19,238 nucleotides of DNA from the UHGV virus genome UHGV-1568686; one strand, given 5' to 3'. Shown piece after piece: positions 7,690-17,424 of the stretch. The position numbers and the translations under genes were made by a program. Every line of letters begins with the position of its first letter. Position 1 is the first letter of the stretch. The notes beneath the pieces are model-generated. The model worked only from the letters and a program-made list of their open reading frames with translations, did not search any database and was not told the origin of the DNA. The stretch is from a virus.

Positions 7690-8145
7690 CTATCTCCCGT
7701 GATTCAGGAAGTCGATTAGTTCTTCGCGTGTGGCGCTGTAAAAAGTCACGTCATCCACGCCTTTGAAGTATTTCTTGATGGTTCCTACACGCTTAAGGCC
7801 AATCATTGCGCAGTACATCTGACCGTGGCGGAATTTGCGCGCAGCGAACGATGTGACGCACTGAACGGTGGTGTTAGTCAGAATGTATCGCCAGAACGCC
7901 AGCCCGATTTCCTTGCTGAAGCCGCGAATCTCTGGCAGGTACATGGCGTGGCAATCGAATGTAAGAGGCTGAATTTCCTGATAGTAAACAATGCCGCCGA
8001 ACTGCCCGTGCACGTTCACCTCAAAGTAACGGCAATCAGGTTTGTAGTCGTATCCATCACCGTTGTTGCTCCCGGCGATAATGTCGGGGTGATTTCCCAC
8101 GGCTTCTATCAGGTCGATGTTTCGCGTTGGTTTGAATGTAATCAT
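7690..8145 (-). CDS. P22 gp14-like protein (151 aa)
   Basis: Synteny: lies between the tail-needle (gp26) and gp7 homologues, as gene 14 does in P22. Tightly coupled to its neighbours. Confidence 0.75.
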   Translation of the reverse strand: MITFKPTRNIDLIEAVGNHPDIIAGSNNGDGYDYKPDCRYFEVNVHGQFGGIVYYQEIQPLTFDCHAMYLPEIRGFSKEIGLAFWRYILTNTTVQCVTSFAARKFRHGQMYCAMIGLKRVGTIKKYFKGVDDVTFYSATREELIDFLNHGR

Positions 8146-8846
8146 CAGTCAATCAGCCCATGTAATCTAAGTGCTGTTTCAAGCGCCAGAATACGCTGCC
8201 GCGCCTGCTCCAAACCTGTAGCGATAGCTGCGACTTCGGATTGTGTGTACGTAGTGCCGACCGTGTATGACTGGTTAGCGTTGAATGAGCCAAGAAGTGG
8301 CGTACCTGTGGCTGCAGTCCATCCGGTATTTCTTGCTCCAACAACCTGAATTCCATCAACTGAATATGATGTTTTTACATCCAGCGGTGACTCAAGAGAC
8401 TGCAATTCGGTTACGGTTTTCGATACGTAATCACTCTTAATGCCAGAGACATCGTTTTCTACGTCATCCAGTCTTTGGTCAACAGTGACCAGATGCGCCT
8501 GAATATCGATAACCTCATCCAGCAAGTAATCAACATCGCTACGCAGTACGACTATCTTCCCTTCGGCAGTTGTTAACCTGACCTCAAGTAGATTTATCGC
8601 TTTTGTGTTTGCGGTGATTCTTGCGTCGTGATCAGCCAGTTCGACGTCCTGTTCATCGTTTTTTACCTGAGCATCGTAAGCGCCCTGACCAGCCTGATTT
8701 GCCTTCCCGGCAATTGCGCCGACATCAGCCCCCTGATTAATGACATACAGCAGGTAAGACTGGCTGAATATATTGCGTGGAAGGATTGATGTATCGAGTC
8801 GTGTAGCCTGAATTGTTACCGGCTCATTGAGATTCGAATCAGCCAT
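8145..8846 (-). CDS. Tail needle / cell-envelope-penetrating protein, P22 gp26 homologue (233 aa)
   Basis: [36 protein letters not shown]...[15 protein letters not shown] and the C-terminal ALRLHGLID match the P22 gp26 termini. The variable central coiled-coil is typical of tail needles. Confidence 0.9.
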   Translation of the reverse strand: MADSNLNEPVTIQATRLDTSILPRNIFSQSYLLYVINQGADVGAIAGKANQAGQGAYDAQVKNDEQDVELADHDARITANTKAINLLEVRLTTAEGKIVVLRSDVDYLLDEVIDIQAHLVTVDQRLDDVENDVSGIKSDYVSKTVTELQSLESPLDVKTSYSVDGIQVVGARNTGWTAATGTPLLGSFNANQSYTVGTTYTQSEVAAIATGLEQARQRILALETALRLHGLID

Positions 8847-10264
8847 TACTCAATCCTTATCTGGCAACCAGACAGAGTGACAGGTGACTTCGTGATAACG
8901 CGCAATTTGAAGCCAATGTTTTTCCTGATGCGCCCTACTCGCTTCCACAAAACGCGTTTGTCGTAAACGAACGGTTCATTCTGCTCAATCATCTGCTCAC
9001 GCCCGTAATTTATGCCGTCAGTGGTTGCAGAGAGGAACAGGCGGTCAGCGTACTGAGCTACGCCAGTGGATGATTCCACCTCCAGATCGAAGCATCTGGC
9101 GTTATCCGCTTTGAACAGTGGAGTAAACAGCAGGTGTTCCTGTTGCTTGTCGTACTGGCTGCTGATATCGAACTGCAATTTCCCGGTCACGGATTCCAGC
9201 TTATCGCCGCACGTTATCTGATTGCCTTCGTAAATGAAGTCGATAGCGCGGTACACATCGTCATACAGGCCTGTTTTCAGTACACACCATTGCGGACCAT
9301 TGGCGCTTGAAGATGCGTCGTACACGAGAACATGGCGCGGAAGGTGGATAATCAGCAACTCATGAGCATCAAACCGCAGCGATTCCATCACACCATCAGC
9401 CAGTTCATCAGCAGTGTAGGAGCGGAGGATTTTCTCAATGCTCGCGCTGGCGATTGGTGACACCTGACCGGAGCCGATGATATACACAGACGGCGCACCT
9501 GTTGCCGGATTGCTGATGAACGCATAGGAATCAGCAAACGGCGTTTTGCAGTAAGTTCCGGCAATACCTTTCTGCACCATCAGCGATGGCTGTGCGACAT
9601 ACAAAGCCGCACCAACGGTGGTTGCACCAGTCAGGGAGAAATATTCAATCGTTGATGAACCAAAGCAGACGATGAAGTCTCGCCATGTGCCGATACCGAT
9701 GATGCCGTCCGGCTGCGATTCTGCGCGATATTGTGCGCTGTAACGGTCAGGATGCGATTCGTCTTCAAGGTCAGTGATAAACCATGAATCAGTACCGTCT
9801 TTTGACCACGCATAACGCCCACGTAAGCGTGTAATGTCGCGGACTGAACCTAACTCATACTGCGTGAATCCGCTGTCTGTAGGCCAGTTTGAGACGGTTT
9901 TAACCGTGCCATCATAGCGGTATTCGACCAGTTGACCATTAACGCCTACCGCCTGTGATGTTCTACCATGCGCCATTGATACGCGACCACTTCCGGCAAC
10001 ATCACCGACTTCACTTTCTCCTTTGTACAGCTTGCCGCCACACACGCGATAAACAGCACTCTGCGCCATGTTGTACTCAACTCCGCGCGATACGCCGTTT
10101 ACATCAGAGCGTTTGGCAATGCCCGGGAATGAGCGAAGATATCCGCTGCTGTTCAGGATTTCTTTGGGTGTAGCCAACATATTCACTGGCAGATAGTCGA
10201 TATAGTCGGCGTTTCTAAAGTCTTTGCCGACACCTTTCATAAGCGGAAGTTGCTGAATAGGCAT
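8846..10264 (-). CDS. Tail accessory / head-completion protein, P22 gp10 homologue (472 aa)
   Basis: Position between the gp4 and gp26 homologues, and the same length as P22 gp10 as I recall it. Confidence 0.85.
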   Translation of the reverse strand: MPIQQLPLMKGVGKDFRNADYIDYLPVNMLATPKEILNSSGYLRSFPGIAKRSDVNGVSRGVEYNMAQSAVYRVCGGKLYKGESEVGDVAGSGRVSMAHGRTSQAVGVNGQLVEYRYDGTVKTVSNWPTDSGFTQYELGSVRDITRLRGRYAWSKDGTDSWFITDLEDESHPDRYSAQYRAESQPDGIIGIGTWRDFIVCFGSSTIEYFSLTGATTVGAALYVAQPSLMVQKGIAGTYCKTPFADSYAFISNPATGAPSVYIIGSGQVSPIASASIEKILRSYTADELADGVMESLRFDAHELLIIHLPRHVLVYDASSSANGPQWCVLKTGLYDDVYRAIDFIYEGNQITCGDKLESVTGKLQFDISSQYDKQQEHLLFTPLFKADNARCFDLEVESSTGVAQYADRLFLSATTDGINYGREQMIEQNEPFVYDKRVLWKRVGRIRKNIGFKLRVITKSPVTLSGCQIRIE

Positions 10265-10272
10265 TTATTCAC

Positions 10273-10755
10273 CTATGCGTTTGGGATATCGCCATCAATC
10301 AGAGGGAGATCGCCTGGATAATATCGGTCAGATGTGAACACGTCATATTTATTACCCTGCCCTACAGGAAAATCTCCACGTCGTCGCATTGAAGGAACAA
10401 CCAGAGTGTCGGTCATCAAGGCATCATATGAGCGTTGGGCGTTACTGAGAACTTGCGGAGTTGGTTCAAGGCTGTAATCAGATAGCATTCTCAGCAATAA
10501 CTGATAGCCTACTGCGTGTTTGTATTTTCTTGGAAGACCTGACTCATCATCTGGTAATGGCTGCTCATCTCCAGTTGCGAAAGCGTAACCAATGTCGCCG
10601 GGGTTAATCATCCACTCGGACATCATATCTTCCAGATCATTTACACCATCTTCAATTGATTGCGGCTCAACATCAGTAAGCGATGCATTAGAAGCAATAG
10701 CAAACTTACGAAGCGCAAAAAGGACGATCTCACCCTTTGTCAGTACTGTTGCCAT
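10273..10755 (-). CDS. Head-completion/tail adaptor protein, P22 gp4 homologue (160 aa)
   Basis: [35 protein letters not shown] matches P22 gp4 ([35 protein letters not shown]). Confidence 0.9.
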   Translation of the reverse strand: [160 protein letters not shown]

Positions 10756-10915
10756 TGTCCGCCGCCTTACGACCTCGCTTACTGGTCGGTTTCAATTCAT
10801 CAACTGAGGCAACAAAGCCCAACCTTTCGAAAAACTGGAAGTCTTTTTCTGCGATAACGGCCTGTACATGCCCGGATTCGTTATCTGCGGCAAGGAATAC
10901 ACTCATCCGATCCAT
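10730..10915 (-). CDS. Small hypothetical protein between coat and gp4 genes (61 aa), possibly equivalent to Sf6 gene 6
   Basis: ATG at 10915 preceded by AAGGAAA at 5-nt spacing, immediately after the coat terminator hairpin. Overlaps the gp4 start by 26 bp in another frame. No family recognised. Confidence 0.45.
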   Translation of the reverse strand: MDRMSVFLAADNESGHVQAVIAEKDFQFFERLGFVASVDELKPTSKRGRKAADNGNSTDKG

Positions 10916-10926
10916 ATTGTTTCCTT

Positions 10927-10953
10927 AAAACATAAAAGGGGCGTAAGCCCCTT
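10927..10953 (-). terminator. Intrinsic terminator/attenuator hairpin immediately downstream of the coat gene
   Basis: On the minus strand: AAGGGGC, loop TTAC, GCCCCTT, followed by TTATGTTTTAAGG. Plus-strand coordinates of the stem are 10936-10953. Confidence 0.6.
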
Positions 10954-10957
10954 GTTA

Positions 10958-12229
10958 TTACGGATTACCGAAGAACTGACCGCCCATGTGAGGGTTAAAG
11001 CACACATATGCAGGCAGTAAGTCGAAGCGCATTTTTTGCACGTTGGCATCGCCATCTGCGTATTTATGTACGCGGATGGAGAAACCTTCATATGTTGCAA
11101 CAGCAGAATCAATACTGTGCAGTTTCGGCAGTGGGATAGAGCCAAGTCCACAGAAGAACTTGTTATAGAACAGGTTTGGCTTCATTGTCTGGCTAGCAGT
11201 GCCTACTACAGATACGGCATCGCCTGCCTCTACCTGACGACTTACAGAGTTGTACTGCGGGTTTGTAGTGTCATAAATCGGAACACCAGAAAGCGTAACC
11301 GTCACATCGCCACTGCTGTCTGAATTAGCATCAGAAGTAACCGTTGCAGTGAAGCTAATTGGTGTGGCTCCGTTATACAACGCCTGTTTGGTCTGCTGTT
11401 GCAGCCAGTAGGTATTGGTGAATTTAACCTGATCACCAGCTTTCAGAAAACCTGTAACGCTGGCTGTCGCTCCGGTCAATGTTACAGTGAACTGGTATGA
11501 GTCTTTAACTGCGTTATAGGTAACAGTTGGCTGTGTTTTGACTGTCAGTGTTCCGCCAAATGCCCCCTGCGTACGAGAGGCAAGCCCATTAGACATCAGT
11601 GCGCGAATGCCGCCAAAATTGGTTGGGATCTGTGCGTTCTCCCATGCAGTACGAACCAATTGATCTGAAGCATGCAAACCAGTCTGCGCATCAGCAAGTC
11701 GCTGTGCAGACCATGGATCCATTACAGCATAGTTTTCACCTTCATTAACGCCGAGGTCTTTCAGGAAAGATGCCGTCTGCGCAACATCAGACCATTTGGT
11801 GATTGGAGTATTGGGGCTACCAAGTGACAACGCACCGTTATTCATCATGAAGTGAGCAAGCTCTGTTTCAAGGTCGGTAACGATTCGCTGGCGAATCGGC
11901 GCGAGAATTTCTTCCAGTTGGTTAAGCTTGATCGCTTCCTCCAGTTGCTGATATTCAACAGCAACAGTGATGTAGTTACCTACACGCCCCGTAGCTTTAC
12001 CTGAGATCAGGTTGTTTTTATTTTGCCCTGAGATATCACCAGTGGGAGTACGGAGGGATGAGAATTGATGCGGACGTTTAAAGCTAACGCTATCGCCAGT
12101 GCTGGAGTTGATTTCACCTGCCAGCAACTGACGGTCTACGGTTTTCGCCAGAACTAAATCTGACATAAAACCCGGAAGGAATTTTTTCAGAACGATTTGA
12201 CTGACGTTACTGTCGAGATTGTTAGGCAT
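10958..12229 (-). CDS. Major capsid (coat) protein, Sf6 gp5/P22 gp5-type (423 aa)
   Basis: Position after the scaffold gene. Length equals Sf6 coat as I recall it. AAGGAAAAG Shine-Dalgarno upstream. Confidence 0.9.
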   Translation of the reverse strand: MPNNLDSNVSQIVLKKFLPGFMSDLVLAKTVDRQLLAGEINSSTGDSVSFKRPHQFSSLRTPTGDISGQNKNNLISGKATGRVGNYITVAVEYQQLEEAIKLNQLEEILAPIRQRIVTDLETELAHFMMNNGALSLGSPNTPITKWSDVAQTASFLKDLGVNEGENYAVMDPWSAQRLADAQTGLHASDQLVRTAWENAQIPTNFGGIRALMSNGLASRTQGAFGGTLTVKTQPTVTYNAVKDSYQFTVTLTGATASVTGFLKAGDQVKFTNTYWLQQQTKQALYNGATPISFTATVTSDANSDSSGDVTVTLSGVPIYDTTNPQYNSVSRQVEAGDAVSVVGTASQTMKPNLFYNKFFCGLGSIPLPKLHSIDSAVATYEGFSIRVHKYADGDANVQKMRFDLLPAYVCFNPHMGGQFFGNP

Positions 12230-12240
12230 TTATCTTTTCC

Positions 12241-13125
12241 TTATTCGATTTTTGCGCCGGGGCATAATTTGTTGAATTCGTCTTGTTTCGCATCAGCACC
12301 GCCACCACGCACTTCCGGCTCTGGCTTGATGGCTTTCTTTGGTTTTGGAGCAAGGCTTACCTGTTTGCTAATCTGCCCCAAGAGGAATGCTGCGCGGATT
12401 GGATCTGTCTCAGCGGCTACACGCTGGCGTAATTGCTGGCTCTTACCTAAGCCATAGGCGAGTAGTTCAGAGCCTTCGTCTGCACAGTGAATGATGATTT
12501 CCTGCTGAATTGGTGGTAGCTCACTAAGAACAATGGCCTCCATTTCCTGATAATCTTTCACAGGAAGTTTTGCTGCCCGTTGTTTATGCGCTTCTACCCT
12601 TTGCTGGAAACGCTGTTGGTATTCCTGTTGCTGACGTAGTTTTTGTTGCTGCTGCTGTTCGACACGGCCTTTTTTCTCATGCCAATCAGTCAATGCCTGT
12701 TCAAACGCCTGTTCGTCATAATCACACGACTCAAGAGTCGGTTTTGGTGGAATAGCGTCTGGTTGTGGTTGCTGATGTTCCGCAGGCTTGGCTAATGCTT
12801 CCTCAAGCTGGCGGCGCAACTCACGGTTTTCTTTCTGTGTTTCTTTGAAGCCTTTGCGAAGATCTTTCACCCATTGCGGTGCAGGTTGCCCGTCAATGTG
12901 ATCATCATCGTCAGCGTTAAGCTGAATTTCTTCATCACCAATACGCAAGGCGTAATCTTCTGGTGTCTCTTCGGTTTTTTCAGGCTCAGTTGCCACCTCT
13001 TTACCGTTGTCATCCTGGCTTTCATTCTCAGGCTGTGACTCTGTTTGGATGATGGTTTCTTCTGCATTTTCCTGTGTTTCAGACAGGCCAATAACCTGAC
13101 CGTCGATGATCAGTTCGTTTTCCAT
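12241..13125 (-). CDS. Scaffolding protein (294 aa)
   Basis: Position between portal and coat. Highly acidic N-terminal half, Gln/Arg-rich central helix (VEQQQQQKLRQQQEYQQRFQQR) and a basic C-terminal coat-binding tail, as in P22 gp8-type scaffolds. Confidence 0.85.
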   Translation of the reverse strand: MENELIIDGQVIGLSETQENAEETIIQTESQPENESQDDNGKEVATEPEKTEETPEDYALRIGDEEIQLNADDDDHIDGQPAPQWVKDLRKGFKETQKENRELRRQLEEALAKPAEHQQPQPDAIPPKPTLESCDYDEQAFEQALTDWHEKKGRVEQQQQQKLRQQQEYQQRFQQRVEAHKQRAAKLPVKDYQEMEAIVLSELPPIQQEIIIHCADEGSELLAYGLGKSQQLRQRVAAETDPIRAAFLLGQISKQVSLAPKPKKAIKPEPEVRGGGADAKQDEFNKLCPGAKIE

Positions 13126-13138
13126 TGATTACTCCTGG

Positions 13139-15265
13139 TTAACTCGGCATTAAGTCTGCCGGAGACTGTGGTGGTGACTGGAATTGCTGTTGTTGTGACT
13201 CGGCGACATCTTTCAGAAGGCGTATTGCCTCCATCACTGCTTTGTCATCGATGTTTCTGGCTTGGGCCAGTTTATAGACAGTGTTTGCCTGACTCTCCAT
13301 CGCATCCTGCTGGGCAGTAAATGCTTTGATTTGAGTTTGAGCAGTTTCGTTAGTTGCTTTTTGCGCTTCTGCCTGCGCTGCTACCATTTGCGCCTGAGCG
13401 AGAACCATTTCAGGATTTGGCTGGCTTTGTGCTGCCATTTGCGCCTGTTGAACAATCTGCTGCTCTTTCTCATTGCGTGGTTTTGCAATACCAGATATCA
13501 GCAGTTGGTTTCGGTTGTACTCTTTGAAGTCATCAAGGCCTTCGCCATCGATATTGTCCAGAATAATACCCTGAATTGCCGGGCGCATTGGGTCTGTTGG
13601 GAGCATAGAGCTAAGGACATTTGTCAGTACAGAAACCGTTGCATCACGTCGTGCTGTGTAGCTTGGTCCAACATCAACCGTCACATCGTATCGACCGACA
13701 GAAAGGTCATTTAACGCAACAACAGCCCCTGTTTGCCTGTCAACAACCTGTGCGCTCAGGACAGCGATATCATCACTTCCATCTTCGTTAACGATGCGCA
13801 CTTCACGTTCTGAACCGTACACTTCACGCGCCATTGACAGCCATACTTCACCAGCGCGTTTAAGACTTTTCGCCATATTGTCCAGATAGATAAACGAAGC
13901 CATATCTGCTCTGTTCATCAAGTTGTTAACCGTTTCCTGAGCAATATTACTTGGCATCTGCTGCATGGCCTGACTGCCGCCTGTAACCTCCTGAATATCA
14001 GCACTGGTTTGCTGTAGTAATGCAGCCAATGCCTGATTCATAACCGCAGGCTGTGTATATCCTGCCGGGGTAGCTCCAGCGATGATGTTGCCAGATTTAT
14101 CTCTCACTTCGCGCAACGGCAAGAACGCTGGTCGTTTCTTGTTGCGAGCCTCCCAGTGCTTCTCAAGTCCACGAATTTGCTCCATGCCAACTATAGGGAT
14201 CTGACCTGGGTCTTGCGCTGCAGTATCAGCCAGCATTGATACCTGAAGGTTATACAAACGCTGTGGATCCATTGCTTTTGCAATATGTCCTTCGACACGC
14301 TCAATGTCATCAATGAACCAGCGTTTTCCATAAACCGGGATGAGGGGGATATGCTCACCAGGAATACGTCGAGGTTTCTCAAGGAAACCATCACCATCCA
14401 CTACGGATACATACACACGACGGCGCTTCACTGAGCGCCTTGCCACTTCCTGAAATCCAGCTATTGCCAGTTCATCTTCAATATCTTCGACCTGATCACT
14501 GTCGTATGTTGCAATCTCTCCAGTGATTGGATGTCGATAACTGATGACGTCAACAGACTCTTTACGAACTTCGTAATACTTCGCTATGTAAATAACATCT
14601 GCATCAAACCAGCCATATTCCCAACTGGTCATAGACGTTACATCCAGAGAAGCAGGAGGTTTCTTTCCGTATTCAGCCTCATATTTTTCAGGTGACAACG
14701 AATACATGCAGAACGCCCACAACGCGTCAGATTTGTCGTACTTCTTAGCGTCAGGGTCAAACCACACAGAGCGCGACGGGTCGTATATTGGTTCAATAGC
14801 AATGCGCTGACGATCGTCCATGGGGTCGTATTCATTGACCAGCATAGACGTCAAACGGAAGCAACCGAAACCACCAGTAGCAGCGTCGTCAAATGCATTA
14901 TCGCAAGCCTCACCGCCATCAGTTTCTTCGTAGTCAGCACGGAACAGACCATTTAATTTATTGGCTAACTCTTCGCTTGCCTCTCTGTCACCAGGACGAA
15001 ACTTAACGGTGATTCTGTTATTGCGGTATTCTGCAATGATGCGGTTAAGTTCAGTTGCTACCTTATTGATTTCAAACTTAGGATACTTCTCGAACTGCTC
15101 ATCAAGCTTAGTTCCAGCCGCCGTTGCTCCTTCCCATTGACCTCCGGGGACACGAGCAAACCTCGTAGCTTCAATGCACTTTTCGCGCACTTCCTGCTGT
15201 GGAGAATAGGCGCGGTCAAACCTGAGCATGATCCGCTCATGTTTTTTCTCTAATGTCTCTGCCAT
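13139..15265 (-). CDS. Portal protein, Sf6 gp3/P22 gp1-type (708 aa from ATG at 15265; the track ORF extends to 15337)
   Basis: Starts MAETLEKKHERIMLRFD, analogous to the P22 portal N-terminus (...LESILSRFD). Conserved AGFQEVARRSVKRRRVYVSVV and GEHIPLIPVYG segments. Start lies 2 nt after the terminase large-subunit stop. Confidence 0.9.
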   Translation of the reverse strand: MAETLEKKHERIMLRFDRAYSPQQEVREKCIEATRFARVPGGQWEGATAAGTKLDEQFEKYPKFEINKVATELNRIIAEYRNNRITVKFRPGDREASEELANKLNGLFRADYEETDGGEACDNAFDDAATGGFGCFRLTSMLVNEYDPMDDRQRIAIEPIYDPSRSVWFDPDAKKYDKSDALWAFCMYSLSPEKYEAEYGKKPPASLDVTSMTSWEYGWFDADVIYIAKYYEVRKESVDVISYRHPITGEIATYDSDQVEDIEDELAIAGFQEVARRSVKRRRVYVSVVDGDGFLEKPRRIPGEHIPLIPVYGKRWFIDDIERVEGHIAKAMDPQRLYNLQVSMLADTAAQDPGQIPIVGMEQIRGLEKHWEARNKKRPAFLPLREVRDKSGNIIAGATPAGYTQPAVMNQALAALLQQTSADIQEVTGGSQAMQQMPSNIAQETVNNLMNRADMASFIYLDNMAKSLKRAGEVWLSMAREVYGSEREVRIVNEDGSDDIAVLSAQVVDRQTGAVVALNDLSVGRYDVTVDVGPSYTARRDATVSVLTNVLSSMLPTDPMRPAIQGIILDNIDGEGLDDFKEYNRNQLLISGIAKPRNEKEQQIVQQAQMAAQSQPNPEMVLAQAQMVAAQAEAQKATNETAQTQIKAFTAQQDAMESQANTVYKLAQARNIDDKAVMEAIRLLKDVAESQQQQFQSPPQSPADLMPS

Positions 15266-15267
15266 GT

Positions 15268-16680
15268 TTACCAACCGGAGGATGAGGGAACGTATATTTC
15301 TGTTTCTTCGCGGACCAATGCCGGGCAATGCATACACATCATCAGCGCATCAGCCAGGTTAGGAGATGGAATACCGAGCTTCTGCTTCATTTCGACCTTA
15401 GTCATAAGCTCCAGCTTCCCGTTGTTATTGAATTTGCGCTGAATCTGCGTCAGTTCTGCAAACAGCTTCTCCAGCATCTTCTCGCCTATCGCTTCTTTGT
15501 CGAAACTCAGCATGTCGTCGGGGTCTGCATACTCACCGTGAACAACCGCCCGATATGTCAGATACAGCCTGTCAGCCAGCGCGTAATAGAATTGCGCTCG
15601 CTTATTGCGGAATACATCGCCAATAGTGCGAACGTTGTCGCCCTGTACGACTTCATCAGCCCATGCTCCTGCCTGATAAGGCGTATCTTCATCGAATGGC
15701 GATTCGCTACCCTTGAACATCGTGGCGGTGATTTTCTTGCCGGAGAACGCTTCCGTTGTCTGTCTGCGTAGCCCGGCACCAACACCATCACCATCCCACA
15801 GGTAATGGTCAGCGCCGTCTTCAATCGCCAGCGAAGTAGCCCAGTCAGCACCCTCGTTGATGTCCATCAGCAGACCTTCGGCAATGCGCTTAACTACCGA
15901 ACCGTGACGCGATGCATAACCTTTAGCATCCGGCCCTGTATCTGATGGGTCATGCGCAGAGACAACAGCGCCTTTCGCTTTCCATCCGAGTTTCTTGTGC
16001 GCATCGGTTGCGGCTTCAAGCCATTCACGTTTGATGATTGCCATATCACTTGCGCTTACTGGCTCGCCAAGCCAGATGTGACGATACAGCGTCGGATTTC
16101 TGCGTTTGCACTCTTCCATCTCCAGACGGAGGACTTCAGGAAAGTGCGGATTGTCGGTGTAGTTCACCGTCAGCAGACAAATATCATCAGGAGGGTTTAC
16201 GACGAATCGCTGATAGGTATCGTCGAGGATGTTTTTCGGGTTGAAACTTACCCATATTTCAGAGAACGGCTTACGGATGGTCGGTATCAGAATATCCCAT
16301 GATTCCTTCGTTACCGCTTCCGCTTCCTCCACCCAGCAGATATCAATGCCTTCGAGCGATTTAATCTTCGTCGGGTTGTTTTTGATGCCGTAGAACATGA
16401 ATTCAGCATTCGTTCCGAGATGACGAATCATGGAACGCTGAATTTCAAACTCGGCCGAATACCCTTCCCGCTCGATGGTATCTTCAAGTAACCTGATTAC
16501 CGAATCGCTGATACTGTTTTGCAGTTCACGAGCGCAGAGAATACGCACAGGCTGCCGACGCGCCGCTTCAACAAGAAGCCTCGCAATTGTCCATGACTTA
16601 CTGCTACCTCGACCGCCTTTGGCGACTTTGTAGCGATGCGCCTCAATGAACGGTTCAAAGATAGGATTAATCGAGGTCAT
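15268..16680 (-). CDS. terL: Terminase large subunit, Sf6 gp2-type (470 aa)
   Basis: Walker A-like KVAKGGRGSSKSWTIA near the N-terminus, ATPase followed by a nuclease domain, and the same length as Sf6 TerL as I recall it. Its ATG overlaps the TerS stop (ATGA). Confidence 0.95.
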   Translation of the reverse strand: MTSINPIFEPFIEAHRYKVAKGGRGSSKSWTIARLLVEAARRQPVRILCARELQNSISDSVIRLLEDTIEREGYSAEFEIQRSMIRHLGTNAEFMFYGIKNNPTKIKSLEGIDICWVEEAEAVTKESWDILIPTIRKPFSEIWVSFNPKNILDDTYQRFVVNPPDDICLLTVNYTDNPHFPEVLRLEMEECKRRNPTLYRHIWLGEPVSASDMAIIKREWLEAATDAHKKLGWKAKGAVVSAHDPSDTGPDAKGYASRHGSVVKRIAEGLLMDINEGADWATSLAIEDGADHYLWDGDGVGAGLRRQTTEAFSGKKITATMFKGSESPFDEDTPYQAGAWADEVVQGDNVRTIGDVFRNKRAQFYYALADRLYLTYRAVVHGEYADPDDMLSFDKEAIGEKMLEKLFAELTQIQRKFNNNGKLELMTKVEMKQKLGIPSPNLADALMMCMHCPALVREETEIYVPSSSGW

Positions 16681-17102
16681 TTTCCGAATAGAGTGCTCAT
16701 CGGTGATGTTTCAATCTGGATTGCGCCGCCGTCCTTACCGACAAGCTCGTTAGTTACCTTGTCGCCATACTTACGGGGATTCATTCGGGCCAACGCCCAT
16801 TTGCGTGTATCAACGCGAAGTCTTGCCTTTGCCACCTCAGCAGCATCTGGAATCGCATTGTCAGCAATTTCGAATATCTCTTCGAAAATAGAATCAGCTC
16901 GCGCCTCAGTTGCCTTCGCGTACTTGTCTCTAAATTCGTCATGCTCTGACAGCCAGCGAAATACAGTAGCCTTTGCTGGCATGCCGGGGCGCTTGCAAAC
17001 CTTAACCAGACTTTCCCCGGAGGCAAGCAGCGCACAGATATCATCAGCCACCTCCGGCAGGTAATCCGAAGGGCGACCGACATTCTTTTTCTCAGTCGCC
17101 AT
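16677..17102 (-). CDS. terS: Terminase small subunit, Sf6 gp1-type (141 aa)
   Basis: MATEKKNVGRPSDYLPEVADDICALLASGESLVKVCKRPGMPAKATVFRWL is the HTH-containing N-terminus typical of Sf6-type TerS. Immediately upstream of TerL. Confidence 0.9.
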   Translation of the reverse strand: MATEKKNVGRPSDYLPEVADDICALLASGESLVKVCKRPGMPAKATVFRWLSEHDEFRDKYAKATEARADSIFEEIFEIADNAIPDAAEVAKARLRVDTRKWALARMNPRKYGDKVTNELVGKDGGAIQIETSPMSTLFGK

Positions 17103-17107
17103 ATTGA

Positions 17108-17179
17108 TTATTTCCCTTCTGCTTGCTTATCCCATTCATCGCGGAATTTGAATGGGTTGTCGAAACCTTGAGTTGCCAT
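17108..17179 (-). CDS. Hypothetical 23-aa micro-ORF (MATQGFDNPFKFRDEWDKQAEGK)
   Basis: Below the ORF-track threshold; found by manual translation. GGAG Shine-Dalgarno 8 nt upstream. The ATG is 2 nt after the stop of the 80-aa gene and the TAA is 5 nt before the TerS ATG. Confidence 0.35.
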   Translation of the reverse strand: MATQGFDNPFKFRDEWDKQAEGK

Positions 17180-17181
17180 GT

Positions 17182-17424
17182 TTATGCTCCGGTGGTGAAC
17201 AGGTCTAACGCTTCCTTCGATTTACGCACCGCTTCGATAGTTCGGGTCGTGATATCTGAATTAGCGCCACCTGACTGGAAGTGAATTTTGAATAGCTCAA
17301 GCTTCAGTTCGTCAGTGCCAATGAATTGAAATGCTTCTTCTGCTGCTGCGTTCTGGTTCATGACCAGTTTGTAAATCTCTAACTGGAATTTCTGTTCTTC
17401 AGTCATGGGAATAATCTCTGCCAT
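17182..17424 (-). CDS. Hypothetical small protein (80 aa)
   Basis: ORF with GGAG upstream, in the accessory cluster upstream of TerS. No family recognised. Confidence 0.6.
   Translation of the reverse strand: MAEIIPMTEEQKFQLEIYKLVMNQNAAAEEAFQFIGTDELKLELFKIHFQSGGANSDITTRTIEAVRKSKEALDLFTTGA

Noticed and set aside
7825-8349. 174-aa plus-strand ORF
   Set aside because: Lies entirely antisense within the well-supported gp14 and tail-needle genes. No ribosome-binding site or family features. Typical shadow ORF of a GC-rich coding region.
13262-13714. 150-aa plus-strand ORF rich in Cys/Leu/Arg
   Set aside because: Antisense to the portal gene. Low-complexity composition with no supporting signals; treated as a shadow ORF.
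15328-17064. Several plus-strand ORFs (15328..15771, 15952..16302, 16038..16244, 16636..17064)
   Set aside because: All are antisense to the terminase large and small subunit genes, whose assignments are strong. No independent evidence for any of them.
16677-17102. pac site expected within the small terminase gene
   Set aside because: P22-like phages carry pac inside the TerS gene, but I could not recognise a specific pac sequence for this Sf6-type TerS by eye, so no coordinates are claimed.
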